Part shown: one piece after another, positions 10,846-20,820 of the stretch
Numbering within the stretch: position 1 is the first letter of the stretch
How the letters are laid out: every line of letters starts with the position of its first letter
NCBI GenBank assembly: GCA_039096225.1
Contig: JBBPEB010000024.1
Coordinates: 248,001 to 312,000, forward strand
DNA from: Blastocystis sp. Blastoise
Lineage: Eukaryota > Protista > Bigyra: Opalinata
Reading direction: 5' to 3'
Length of the DNA stretch: 64,000 nt
Notes under the pieces: model-generated
Told to the model about the DNA's origin: nothing
The model's input: only the letters and a program-made list of their open reading frames with translations
Database searches by the model: none
Program-made: the position numbers and the translations under genes

Positions 10846-11015
10846 ATTTAATATTTCTTACTTACTATTCTTAACGTTAACTTGTTTAATTAATTCTATT
10901 CTATTCTATATTCCAATCATTTGTTTTGTTATGAATTTCAAATAATTTTATAATTATAAAATATCATTATTATTTTATTTTTTATTTAAAAAATACATAA
11001 ACAATAATTATTAAC

Positions 11016-12239
11016 ATGGAAGGATTCCCAAGACAATTCTTACCTTCAAAGGCAAATCAAACTATTAAACCTGTACAAATTCCTATTCTGGTTTCTACTA
11101 GTCAGGATTTATTAAATCAACCTTATCCATTTGAATTCTTATATAATTCAGTTGATAGTCCTTTTATTGATTTCAGCAATTCATTCTTAGAACTGAATTT
11201 CAATATTACAACAAATGCAGCAACATCTAGTTCTGTTGTACAACATTCTAATATCTATAGTATTATTGATAAGATTACTACAGATCTTACGTTTGTATCT
11301 CCTACGGGTCAAGATATTCTTATTAATTATTCTGAATCTTCTATTGAATCCAGTAAAGCAAGAAAATTTGTTACTATTAAAGAATTAAGTAAAGATGAAA
11401 TTGATAAATCTATGTATAGTATGACAGAATGCTTATATAATACAACCTTAAGTAGTATTTCTGGAATGCAAAGTTCTACTAAAGCTCAAGTTATTATTCC
11501 TTTATCTCTTATTACTGGTCTTGGTACATTTGATTGTGCTATTAAAGTAAAATCTTTGAAGATGCAATTCGTTACAAATTATTTAAAGAATCTATTTACA
11601 GGTACGACTAAAATCACTGCATTAACTTTTGATCGTGTTTATATTCATCTTCAACAAATCTATGATATTAATTTTGGTAATGATCCACGTGCTTTGATTA
11701 AATGTATTCCTAATAATTGTCAAATATCTGCATTTACTACACCTGTTTATTCAGAAACATTCACAACAGCAGGTAAACCAACTCCACAACAATTCTTATC
11801 CAATAGAAGTGTTGTTTTCGTACCTGATTACTGTATGTTATATTTTACAACTCAAGAGAAGAGTATGATTCCTATTAAGACTGAATTATTGAAGATGTGT
11901 CAATTCCAAATTGGTGGTCAAAATATCTTACCAAAGACGGATTTCCCTACTACGTATAAAACAACGAATCCATCACAAATTATTCCTAATGCTATGCTTT
12001 ATAATACTTGGAGATGTAATAGTCATCCTCAATCTCCTTTAAACGGTGAGAAATGGTATGAACAACCTATTTATATATTCCCTATTTCAAGTGTTGTTGA
12101 TGTCAATACTCGTAGTGGTTGTGAAGTTAATATCTCCTTATTAACTGAATATAATGGTGCAAATATTACTAGTGGTACTTATACTTTATATGCTCATTTT
12201 ATATTTGTTAAATTTGTTAGAGATGGTGCAACCAATTAA
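11016..12239 (+). CDS. Putative double-jelly-roll major capsid protein 2
   Basis: FIDFSNSFLEL, NIYSIID, KSMY, IPLSLITGLG, PKTDFPT, WYEQPIYIFP shared with MCP1. Confidence 0.65.
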   Translation: MEGFPRQFLPSKANQTIKPVQIPILVSTSQDLLNQPYPFEFLYNSVDSPFIDFSNSFLELNFNITTNAATSSSVVQHSNIYSIIDKITTDLTFVSPTGQDILINYSESSIESSKARKFVTIKELSKDEIDKSMYSMTECLYNTTLSSISGMQSSTKAQVIIPLSLITGLGTFDCAIKVKSLKMQFVTNYLKNLFTGTTKITALTFDRVYIHLQQIYDINFGNDPRALIKCIPNNCQISAFTTPVYSETFTTAGKPTPQQFLSNRSVVFVPDYCMLYFTTQEKSMIPIKTELLKMCQFQIGGQNILPKTDFPTTYKTTNPSQIIPNAMLYNTWRCNSHPQSPLNGEKWYEQPIYIFPISSVVDVNTRSGCEVNISLLTEYNGANITSGTYTLYAHFIFVKFVRDGATN

Positions 12240-12329
12240 TTTAATTATCTAATATTTTCTTTTATCAATTTATACAATTTAATAAATATTGTTTTGTTTA
12301 TCAATACATAATTAATTTATTTAATAAAA

Positions 12330-12995
12330 ATGACATCAATATCTCATCTAAGTAAAATTACAAGTCAAATCTGTCATGAACAATTCAATTATACTTTGGA
12401 TTTAGTAGGTAAAAATATAACTCATATCAATACATTAGTGAATACAAGTGATATCATTAATATTCCATCTTTCAGAATAACTGAAAATAATGCAACAGCA
12501 CATACATTTCCAGCTGGTAACTATTCATTGGAAGAATTCTTTGAGAAATTAATTGAACTTGGTAAAGATATGACAATATCTGTATCTGGACAAACGAGTG
12601 CATTCTATTATGATAAAGAAACAAAAACATTTGGTACGTATAGTGGATTCAGAAAAAGTCTTAGTAATAAAGAATTCTTTTATTATTTAGGATTAGATGA
12701 TGAATACTTTAATACACCAATTACTTACAGTGATGAATATATATCTAATAATATTTCATGGTATAAGATCTATATGTTACGTGTGTATTGTGATATTATT
12801 AATAAAGATAATGATTTGATTTCTATTCCTTTATATGCTAAACAAGGATTTGATAATACATTTGCTTTAAGTGATTTATCTATTCCATGTATTGATGGTA
12901 AATATACAGATATCCAATGGGAAGTATATGATCAATTAAATAATCCAATTGATTTATCAAATACAAATCTTTATATATACTTTACTGCATCTTAA
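12330..12995 (+). CDS. Minor capsid protein (penton, single jelly-roll)
   Basis: FPAGNYS...YLGLD...LRVYCDII...IQWEVYDQLNNPIDL, a pattern typical of Polinton/PLV pentons. Confidence 0.75.
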   Translation: MTSISHLSKITSQICHEQFNYTLDLVGKNITHINTLVNTSDIINIPSFRITENNATAHTFPAGNYSLEEFFEKLIELGKDMTISVSGQTSAFYYDKETKTFGTYSGFRKSLSNKEFFYYLGLDDEYFNTPITYSDEYISNNISWYKIYMLRVYCDIINKDNDLISIPLYAKQGFDNTFALSDLSIPCIDGKYTDIQWEVYDQLNNPIDLSNTNLYIYFTAS

Positions 12996-13063
12996 TAAAA
13001 TCATATATTTATCATTAACTTATCATTAATTATTTTTTGTTTTGTTGATTAAAATCATATAAA

Positions 13064-14101
13064 ATGGTGAATAAAATAAATCCATTAAAAGAAACACGTA
13101 AAGGATGCGGAGTCTTAGAATTTAAATATGGAAAATCACATCATAAAACATATGAATCAAAATTCATATTGATTATTGCAAGAACATTCTCAGGAAAATC
13201 TTTCTTAACTGTGAATCTCTTATGTTCTATGGATCTTAAAAATAAATATAAACAAGTCACAGTAATTTGTCCTGATGCATCCAATAAGAATGAATGTTAT
13301 ACATCCTTTCAAGATATTTGTGAACATGCTGGAATTGATTATAAATGGTATGATTCTGTAGATGATAAATTTAAAAAGATTAAAACTGTTGATGAATTAG
13401 TCAATACATATAAATTACCAGAACATAATTTTATTGTATTGGATGATATCTATCCATTATCTAGACAAACCAAACAACTGATTGTATCTATATTATCTAA
13501 AGGTCGTCATTATAAACAGAATGCTATTATATGTCTTCAAAGTCATACAGATGTTACCAATCAATCTATATTAAGTCAAGTATCTCATTTCTTTATTAAT
13601 AGTCAAATCTTAAAACGTGATCCTGGATTCTTACCAGATAAATTAAAGATTATGCCATCAAATCTAAATGAAATTCTTACAGATGAAGAATTAATGAATG
13701 ATCCACATCAATTCTTTATGTTAAAACAAGGTAGTGATGATTTAACAATATGGACTAATCCTGATTGTGGTAGTAAACAGAATGTATATAAGATGGTAAA
13801 GAAAAGGAAATGGACAGAAGAAGATAGTGAAAAAGAGAAACGAGAAGAACAAGGTGAAGTATCAGGTAGTGGTATTAAACGTCCTAATGAACATATATCT
13901 ACATATGAAAAGAAAATGAAGAAGTTTTTACCTGTTGAAGAAGAAGTCTCATTGAAAGGTATTGAACGAGATGAAAAAGATAAACCTAAAGAATCCATCT
14001 TACAAATCATACAAGATCAAATCATACAAGATAGTCAACGACGCATTTTCAATCCTTATTTAAATAAAAAACATTATTCTGGTTATCCTTCTTTTCATTA
14101 A
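13064..14101 (+). CDS. A32/FtsK-HerA-type genome packaging ATPase
   Basis: Walker A ARTFSGKS, Walker B FIVLDD, KGRHY...ICLQ motif. Confidence 0.9.
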   Translation: MVNKINPLKETRKGCGVLEFKYGKSHHKTYESKFILIIARTFSGKSFLTVNLLCSMDLKNKYKQVTVICPDASNKNECYTSFQDICEHAGIDYKWYDSVDDKFKKIKTVDELVNTYKLPEHNFIVLDDIYPLSRQTKQLIVSILSKGRHYKQNAIICLQSHTDVTNQSILSQVSHFFINSQILKRDPGFLPDKLKIMPSNLNEILTDEELMNDPHQFFMLKQGSDDLTIWTNPDCGSKQNVYKMVKKRKWTEEDSEKEKREEQGEVSGSGIKRPNEHISTYEKKMKKFLPVEEEVSLKGIERDEKDKPKESILQIIQDQIIQDSQRRIFNPYLNKKHYSGYPSFH

Positions 14102-14154
14102 TTTTTTTATATTTTAATTTGTCATATAAACCATAATTATTTTATTGTTTTGTT

Positions 14155-15192
14155 ATGAGTTCAATTACAAAAAGATATTTAAAACAAAATTGTGATCCAC
14201 GATTATTTGGAGGATCACCACCAAAATCAAATAGACGTGATCTTTATCATAAACGTTATGTAAGATATGGAGGAACTGGTTTTGAAGAAATTGTTAGACA
14301 ACAAGCTAAAGATGCTGATTGGGCTGATTTTAAAAATGGTGTCTATACTGCATTACCTATTTTAGGTACATTAGGAGCATTTGCTGGATATAATTATTAT
14401 CAGAAACGTAAAGAACAAAAACGTCAAGAAAAAGCAAAAGAAGAAAAGAAAAGACAATTTGAAGAACATATTGAAGATGCTAATAGAGATGATGAATTAT
14501 ATAATGATGATGCTACTTATCAACCAAAGAGAATAACAAGAAAAATGATGGCTGATGATGATAAAGATTATAATAATGCAAATCTTGAAGATGAAAATTA
14601 TGATGATATATTTGGTCAAGGTATACATAGAAGGCATCAAAAACATCGTAAAGAACATGGGAGTCACCGAGAAAAAGAAAAGAAAACAAGTAAATTCGTA
14701 ACTCCTCAAATAAAAATTATTGCTAAGAAGGCTATTCGTTCTAGTAATGTAAAGTCTAATAAGAAGAAATTACAAGATATTAAAGAACGATTACCTAAAA
14801 ATGATGAGCATGTGTCTGTACGTGATATTGTTAATGTCGTTATCGATAAAGAATATCCTATGGATCCAAAACAAAAGCATTCTATTATTGCGAATACTGC
14901 TATTAAAACTATTAAAACGATTGTTCCTATTGTAGTGAATGCATTAAAATACTATTATCCTTCTCTTGGTATCCCTATTGATTTCGCTTATAATATGATT
15001 ACTACTGATGATGATAAGAAACGTAAAGAAACTGCTGATAACTACTTTAAAAATCCTAGTGGAAGTGGTGTTACAAAAGAGAATGCTGAACGTTGTGGTG
15101 GTGCTCTTGTCAACTCTACATCCTTTGATACTACTACTAATTTAATTATTAATCTTGTTCAATTCTTCTTAAAAAAATTTCATTTAAATTAA
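14155..15192 (+). CDS. PLV hypothetical basic protein with a short hydrophobic segment; candidate core/virion protein
   Basis: LPILGTLGAFAG segment; GG and GxG motifs; Lys/Arg-rich. Confidence 0.7.
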   Translation: MSSITKRYLKQNCDPRLFGGSPPKSNRRDLYHKRYVRYGGTGFEEIVRQQAKDADWADFKNGVYTALPILGTLGAFAGYNYYQKRKEQKRQEKAKEEKKRQFEEHIEDANRDDELYNDDATYQPKRITRKMMADDDKDYNNANLEDENYDDIFGQGIHRRHQKHRKEHGSHREKEKKTSKFVTPQIKIIAKKAIRSSNVKSNKKKLQDIKERLPKNDEHVSVRDIVNVVIDKEYPMDPKQKHSIIANTAIKTIKTIVPIVVNALKYYYPSLGIPIDFAYNMITTDDDKKRKETADNYFKNPSGSGVTKENAERCGGALVNSTSFDTTTNLIINLVQFFLKKFHLN

Positions 15193-15268
15193 TTATTTTA
15201 ACTTTTATTATTTCATAATTAATTATTTGTTTTGTTATATAATTATTTTTAAATTAATACAATAAATA

Positions 15269-16066
15269 ATGCAAAGTAATTTAGGAGATAGTGTAACTCT
15301 CTATGATATTTTATCAAGAAATCAGAAAAAACAATCTTGGGATCCATGGTTACCCAATTCATATATTTGTCAAGATGAACAACCTGTACAACCATTAGCA
15401 CATGATCCTAATGCACAAGGATCTATGTATAGTTCAATGGCAGTTCAAGCATTAAGAAATCATGGTCAATCACCTGAAGATATGTTTATAGCTACTATGA
15501 ATTCAGCTAAAGCTAATGGTGATACAAATAGATATACATCCATGTTATCTCAATGGCAAACGAATTATGGTATTCCTACTACAAGTAAGATATGGTATGA
15601 TGCTAGTAATCCTAATAACTATCAATATGAAAAACTTATTCACACTGTAAGAAATCCTAATGAAGACTATACAGTGAAACCACAACCAGAATCCATGAAT
15701 TCTAATTTCACTGAAGAACAACCCAAACCAGAACCTGAAAAGAAACCTGAACACGAAAAGAAACCAGCTAAAGAACCTGAAACTAAACCTGAAACTGAAA
15801 AGAAACCATCTAAAGAAGATGATAATACTCCAAAGAAATTTGAATTCGATATGAATTTACAACAAGATACCGACGAAAAAACATATTATAACGCCACTTA
15901 TGGAAAGTATAAATTCAAATGGTATACTGATGGATCTATTGAATGCACCAATAGTGAAGATTTCGGAAATAATAATATATTCTACAAAAATAAAACATTA
16001 TTTGTTGAAACTGATGATAAATCAATGGATATTGACGATTATTTAAAAAATACTCATAATAATTAA
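15269..16066 (+). CDS. PLV hypothetical protein with KPE repeats
   Basis: 265-aa ATG ORF in the co-oriented cluster. Confidence 0.75.
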   Translation: MQSNLGDSVTLYDILSRNQKKQSWDPWLPNSYICQDEQPVQPLAHDPNAQGSMYSSMAVQALRNHGQSPEDMFIATMNSAKANGDTNRYTSMLSQWQTNYGIPTTSKIWYDASNPNNYQYEKLIHTVRNPNEDYTVKPQPESMNSNFTEEQPKPEPEKKPEHEKKPAKEPETKPETEKKPSKEDDNTPKKFEFDMNLQQDTDEKTYYNATYGKYKFKWYTDGSIECTNSEDFGNNNIFYKNKTLFVETDDKSMDIDDYLKNTHNN

Positions 16067-16154
16067 TGATACTATTAATATACTAACTATATAATATAAA
16101 TAATTTCTTTTTTTTGTTTTGTTTTAAAATTCATAATTATTTTATTAAACTAAA

Positions 16155-17639
16155 ATGATACAAAGTGCTCGTTTAAATGTTTCAAATAAAGGATTAGTAG
16201 GCGTAAATCATCGTGCTACTGGTCATGAATATCGAAATTATATTGTTCCAGGATCTATTCCTGATGGAGAAGAACGTTATCCAATTAATTATTCTATTGC
16301 TCCAAATTCATTATATGCTGTTAAGAAAATTGAAAGTAATATGGTCAATAGAGCAACATCCAATCCATTTTTCTCCTATTTATCAGAAACCAGACAAGAT
16401 ATTATACAAAGTTCCTTAGAAGAATCAGAAGAAAGTGAACCAATAGATGAAGGATCTGGGTTATTACCTGATGGTAGAATTCCAAGGAATTTCACAAGAA
16501 AACTCATTTATGCTCATGATTATGTCTTACCTTATATGAAACAAAATCATATGTCTGATTATGCTAAATATTCTAGATTATTAAATCCTCGTACAATTGA
16601 TAGTGCAATTGATTTTACTAGAAGAGATCGTGATGGTTATTTATATTCTAGAGGTGGTAATTTATTTTCTAATATTTATCACACTGTAAGTGATGTATAC
16701 AATGTGTCTGATAAATTAACTGGAGGTATTAATAATATCACTCATGGAATAAGTAATGCTGTTGATTATGGTGCAAATAAATTTAAAGATCTCAAGAATT
16801 GGTGGAGAGATATTAATGTTGATCCAAAAGAAGGATTCAATGATATTAAAGGAAAACTTGTAAGTGATAGAAATAATTTATATGATAATTGGAAATTAAC
16901 TGATGATAATGAAGCTAAGAAAAAGAATAAATTATTAGCTGATAACTATTTTAGATTTGCTCATATGTCAGGTAATGATACTAAAGAACAAAGACTTAAC
17001 AAAACTAAATCTTTAGAAGATCAAGCAAAAACATTTCATAAAAATTATATTCCCTATGCAGAAAACCCTACATTTGTTAATAAAGTTGTTAATACTGTAA
17101 CAAATGTAGGAACACCAATTGTTAATGGTGTTAAAAAAGTTGCAAACTCTATTGTTAGTGGTACAAAGAACGTATTTAATAGTTTTTCTGATTGGTGGTA
17201 TGGTAAAAATCCAGATGAAGAAATACCACAAACAGAAAATCCAATAGAAACAAATAATAATGTTATACCAACTTCTTCATCTACTCCTGATACTCTAACA
17301 CAAGAAAATATTCATAATATTACTATAGAAGATTCAAATCCTCCAAATTTAATTCCTCTTATGAATGATCCTACTGTTCCTTTACCTGACACTGTTCCAA
17401 TGTCTCAAGCAATAACGAATAAATTCACTCCAAATATTACACCTGTAGCCCCTATTTCTAATCCAGTAGAAAATGTCACTCTTGAAAATAAAAGAAATAA
17501 AAAAGAAGATGATGAATTTCAATCATTTGATGAAGATGATGGTGAGGTATTTTATGATCTAGAAGAAGGTAATGGATTACGTAGAAAAAGACGTATTTCA
17601 AAAAATAAAAAATTAAGAAATAAACGTAGAAAACATTAG
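16155..17639 (+). CDS. PLV hypothetical protein; amphipathic repeats and very basic C-terminal tail
   Basis: 494-aa ORF; EGSGLL, SRGGNLF, EGNGLRRKRR... Confidence 0.8.
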   Translation: MIQSARLNVSNKGLVGVNHRATGHEYRNYIVPGSIPDGEERYPINYSIAPNSLYAVKKIESNMVNRATSNPFFSYLSETRQDIIQSSLEESEESEPIDEGSGLLPDGRIPRNFTRKLIYAHDYVLPYMKQNHMSDYAKYSRLLNPRTIDSAIDFTRRDRDGYLYSRGGNLFSNIYHTVSDVYNVSDKLTGGINNITHGISNAVDYGANKFKDLKNWWRDINVDPKEGFNDIKGKLVSDRNNLYDNWKLTDDNEAKKKNKLLADNYFRFAHMSGNDTKEQRLNKTKSLEDQAKTFHKNYIPYAENPTFVNKVVNTVTNVGTPIVNGVKKVANSIVSGTKNVFNSFSDWWYGKNPDEEIPQTENPIETNNNVIPTSSSTPDTLTQENIHNITIEDSNPPNLIPLMNDPTVPLPDTVPMSQAITNKFTPNITPVAPISNPVENVTLENKRNKKEDDEFQSFDEDDGEVFYDLEEGNGLRRKRRISKNKKLRNKRRKH

Positions 17640-17711
17640 TTAATTTTAATTTGTTTTATTTATTATTATTTTTAAACTAAACAATTTGTTTTGTTATTTA
17701 TAAAAATTAAT

Positions 17712-17882
17712 TTAAAAATCAATAAAATTCTTGATATAATCTTCATATTCATCATCTTCACTTACAGTATGAAAACTGTCCATATCAGAATCACTATCAC
17801 TTAATTCATCAACTTCAAAATTTCCATAAGGTTTCCAAGTACCTTCTTTATAATCTGGAGCAAATTGCTTTGGAGAATCCAT
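17712..17882 (-). CDS. Small acidic PLV protein (56 aa, MDSPKQF...)
   Basis: ATG at 17882, directly downstream of the HSE array at the TIR inner edge. Confidence 0.5.
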   Translation of the reverse strand: MDSPKQFAPDYKEGTWKPYGNFEVDELSDSDSDMDSFHTVSEDDEYEDYIKNFIDF

Positions 17883-17928
17883 AATAAATAGTATAAAAAT
17901 AGAAAAAAACGCATAATACAATTTGTTA

Positions 17929-18828
17929 TTCTAGAAGTTTCGAGAATGTTCTAGAATGTTCTAGAAAATTGATATACATCCCGCCACCTAAAATCACTGG
18001 AACACAATTAGTTTCCCCAGTTTCCCCAATATAATTGTGTTTTTGTGTTCCAAAATCCCTCATTTTTACATTTTTAAGCAATTTGATTGGACAATTCACG
18101 ATGACGCATCCTATTTCCATAACGGTTACCCTTGTTTCCAAAAGTCTCTCGTTATAATCGTGGTGGTGGGTACATCTTTTTACAAGACCACACCACCACC
18201 AGCTTTTCTTTCACCCACTATAAATACATACCTTGATCACTTTACTCTTTTTTATAAATTTTTTTATGATTATCATGACTTTTTATATTATTTATTGATC
18301 ACTATACATACATTTTTATTTTTATATATTCCCGTGATTATTCTTATTATTTCTTTTTAGATAGAACCATCCATTTCATCTTTTCTCTATATAAAGGGAG
18401 GGTCGGGGTGTGTGTTTATTTAGCACATTCTGTGCTTCTTTTCGTATTTCTTTCTGTATTCCCGTGATTATTTTACTCACTTTACCAACGATGGAGTCAT
18501 TTTCCATGAATATTCCCTGTAAAGGGGAGGGTGTGAGTGTGTATTTTATTTCTTTTATGATTACTATGAGTTTCTCCTTGATCACTTTACGTTTCACGTT
18601 GGAATCGGAACACAAATAAATTAAAAATAAATAAACATGGGAAAAAATAAATACACACACACACTACCCTACACTCCCATGGTTATTTTACTTCAGAAAT
18701 GTTATTAATTCTTCCGTCGAGAACAAAAAGGGGGGATGTCTTCCCCGCTTATGGCTGCGCGCGTCGCGCAGACTCTATGCGGGGTTTGCATACCCCCTTC
18801 TGCAGTTCGAAGAACGGAAGAATTAATA
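17929..18828. repeat. PLV terminal repeat (~900 bp): HSE array at the inner end (17929-17966), GC-rich hairpin at the outer end (18703-18828)
   Basis: Near-identical to 51113-52012. Copy 2 is inverted, so the match implies inverted termini in the full element. Confidence 0.85.
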
Positions 18829-19338
18829 TGCCTTAATTATTTACGAGTTGACATTTGTGCCTTAATTATTTACAAGTTGACATTTGTGTCCTATTTTTTT
18901 ACGAGTTGACATTTGTGCCTTAATTATTTACGAGTTGACAATTATAATTTAATTTTTTACGAGTTGACAACTATGATTTAATTATTTATAAGTTAAAAAT
19001 AGTAATTTAATTATTTCAGATTTTTTAAAGAAAAATATTTTTTTTTCAGGTTTCTTTGTTAAAAATAGTCATGAAAATATTAAAAATAAAAATACAAATA
19101 AATTATTCATAATTGTCAACTCGTAGATAATTAAATCATAGTTGTCAACTCGTAAATAATTAAGACACAAATGTCAACTCGTAAAAAATTAAGGCACAAA
19201 TGTCAACTCGTAAATAATTAAGGCACAAATGTCAACTCGTAAAAAATTAGGACACAAATGTCAACTCGTAAATAATTAAGGCACAAATGTCAACTGGTAA
19301 AATGAATGTCTGAAAACTTGACTATCGGGATTTAACCC
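18829..19338. mobile_element. MITE/foldback element with ~28-bp subterminal repeats; left end missing at the PLV junction
   Basis: (TTACGAGTTGACA...) arrays in inverted arrangement; ends ...ATCGGGATTTAACCC|TAA. Confidence 0.85.
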
Positions 19339-20778
19339 TAATATTAATGTTATCTTGGAATAGATCTATTAATCATTCTAATTTAACAAGATTAGATGCA
19401 TTCACTTTATTCTTTCCTAATATAGAAAAGAACGCTATAGATTCATTATTACGTAAGATAAGGAGTAATTATAGACAAATAAATAGAGATACTAATATTC
19501 CTACTTTAGGTAATAGAAATAATAATCGTATTCCAAATAATCAAAGATTAAGAAATAATCAAATACAAAATGGTTATATTAATATTAATAATAATAATAA
19601 TAATAATAATATTGATATTAATATAAATAACTCTGATATTAATTCTAATAATAATAATAATAATAATTCCAATAATAATGAATCAAATGAAATGGAAATA
19701 GATAATGAAATAAATAATTCTAATAATACTAATATTATTAATAATATTTCTAATTCTAATAATATTAATTCTACTTCTTCTAATTCTAATAATAATAATT
19801 CTAATAATAATAATAATAATAATAATAATCATAATAATATATCTTCTCAATCTTCACTAGATTCTGATATTGATATAGATATGAATTTAAATAATTCTAA
19901 TTCTAATAATTCTAATTCTAATAATTCTAATTATAATAATAATAGAAGAAATAATAATAATAGAAATAATACAAGACCTTCTAATATTCCTACTTTACAA
20001 ACTAGAATAAATCATAATCCTAGAACAGTTCAAGGTAGAAGAACAAGAGAATTAGAATTAAATAATAATAATAATAATATGAATAATGATAATGAAATGG
20101 AAATAGAAAATGAAGAAGAAAGAAATAATAATATTAGAAATACTAATGATAATAATAATAATCCTAATAATAATAATACAGAAATAGATTTAATATCAAC
20201 TTATTCAGAAAATAATATTAATAATATTATTAATAGATCAAATAATCTTCATTATACTTCAAATGTGAAAAGAAGATTATCTAGATTAGCTTTAAAGCGT
20301 TGGTCTAATAATAAAACAATAAATCGATTTAATAGATTTGTAGAAGAGAGATTATATGATCATATTCGATGTTATCCTATAGAAGATTCAAATCATAATC
20401 CTACTATGACTCCTGAATTAATAGAATCATTTAATAAGAGTTGTGAATATGTATTTAATGAAATATATAGATGGATATCACAATGTGATAGAGGAAGAAT
20501 AAATCATAATGATAGATATAATAATAATAATAGAGATGTAGGTAGTTCTGCTAATGAAGATCGTAATTATCATAATGAAACTAGAAATAGAAATCATCAT
20601 TTTCATGATAATAATAGATTTAATAATAATAATAATAATAGAAGATATATTAGTAGATATAATAATAATAGAAACACTAGATATAATAATAATAATAATC
20701 ATAGAAATCAAAGAAGATATAATAATAATAATAGAAATACTAGAAGATATAATAATAATAATAATAATAATAGAAATC

Positions 20779-20820
<42 letters not shown>

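Larger units (their letters stand above)
1..18828 (+). mobile_element. Endogenous Polinton-like virus, copy 1 (left part runs off the window)
   Basis: Intronless gene-dense block with primase-helicase, capsid-like genes, A32-type ATPase and tyrosine recombinase. 1-1377 is a near-identical inverted match to 44461-45837; 17929-18828 matches 51113-52012. Confidence 0.9.

Noticed and set aside
17926-18660. Short ORFs inside the terminal repeats (also 51098-52084)
   Set aside because: They overlap on both strands, are compositionally biased, and differ by indels between the two copies.
1-18828. Canonical Polinton/Maverick or virophage assignment
   Set aside because: No pPolB or RVE integrase motifs are seen and the capsid family cannot be assigned without a profile search; kept as Polinton-like.
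18829-19300. ~28-bp repeats as a CRISPR array
   Set aside because: No unique spacers, two inverted blocks inside a TIR element, no cas genes, eukaryotic context.
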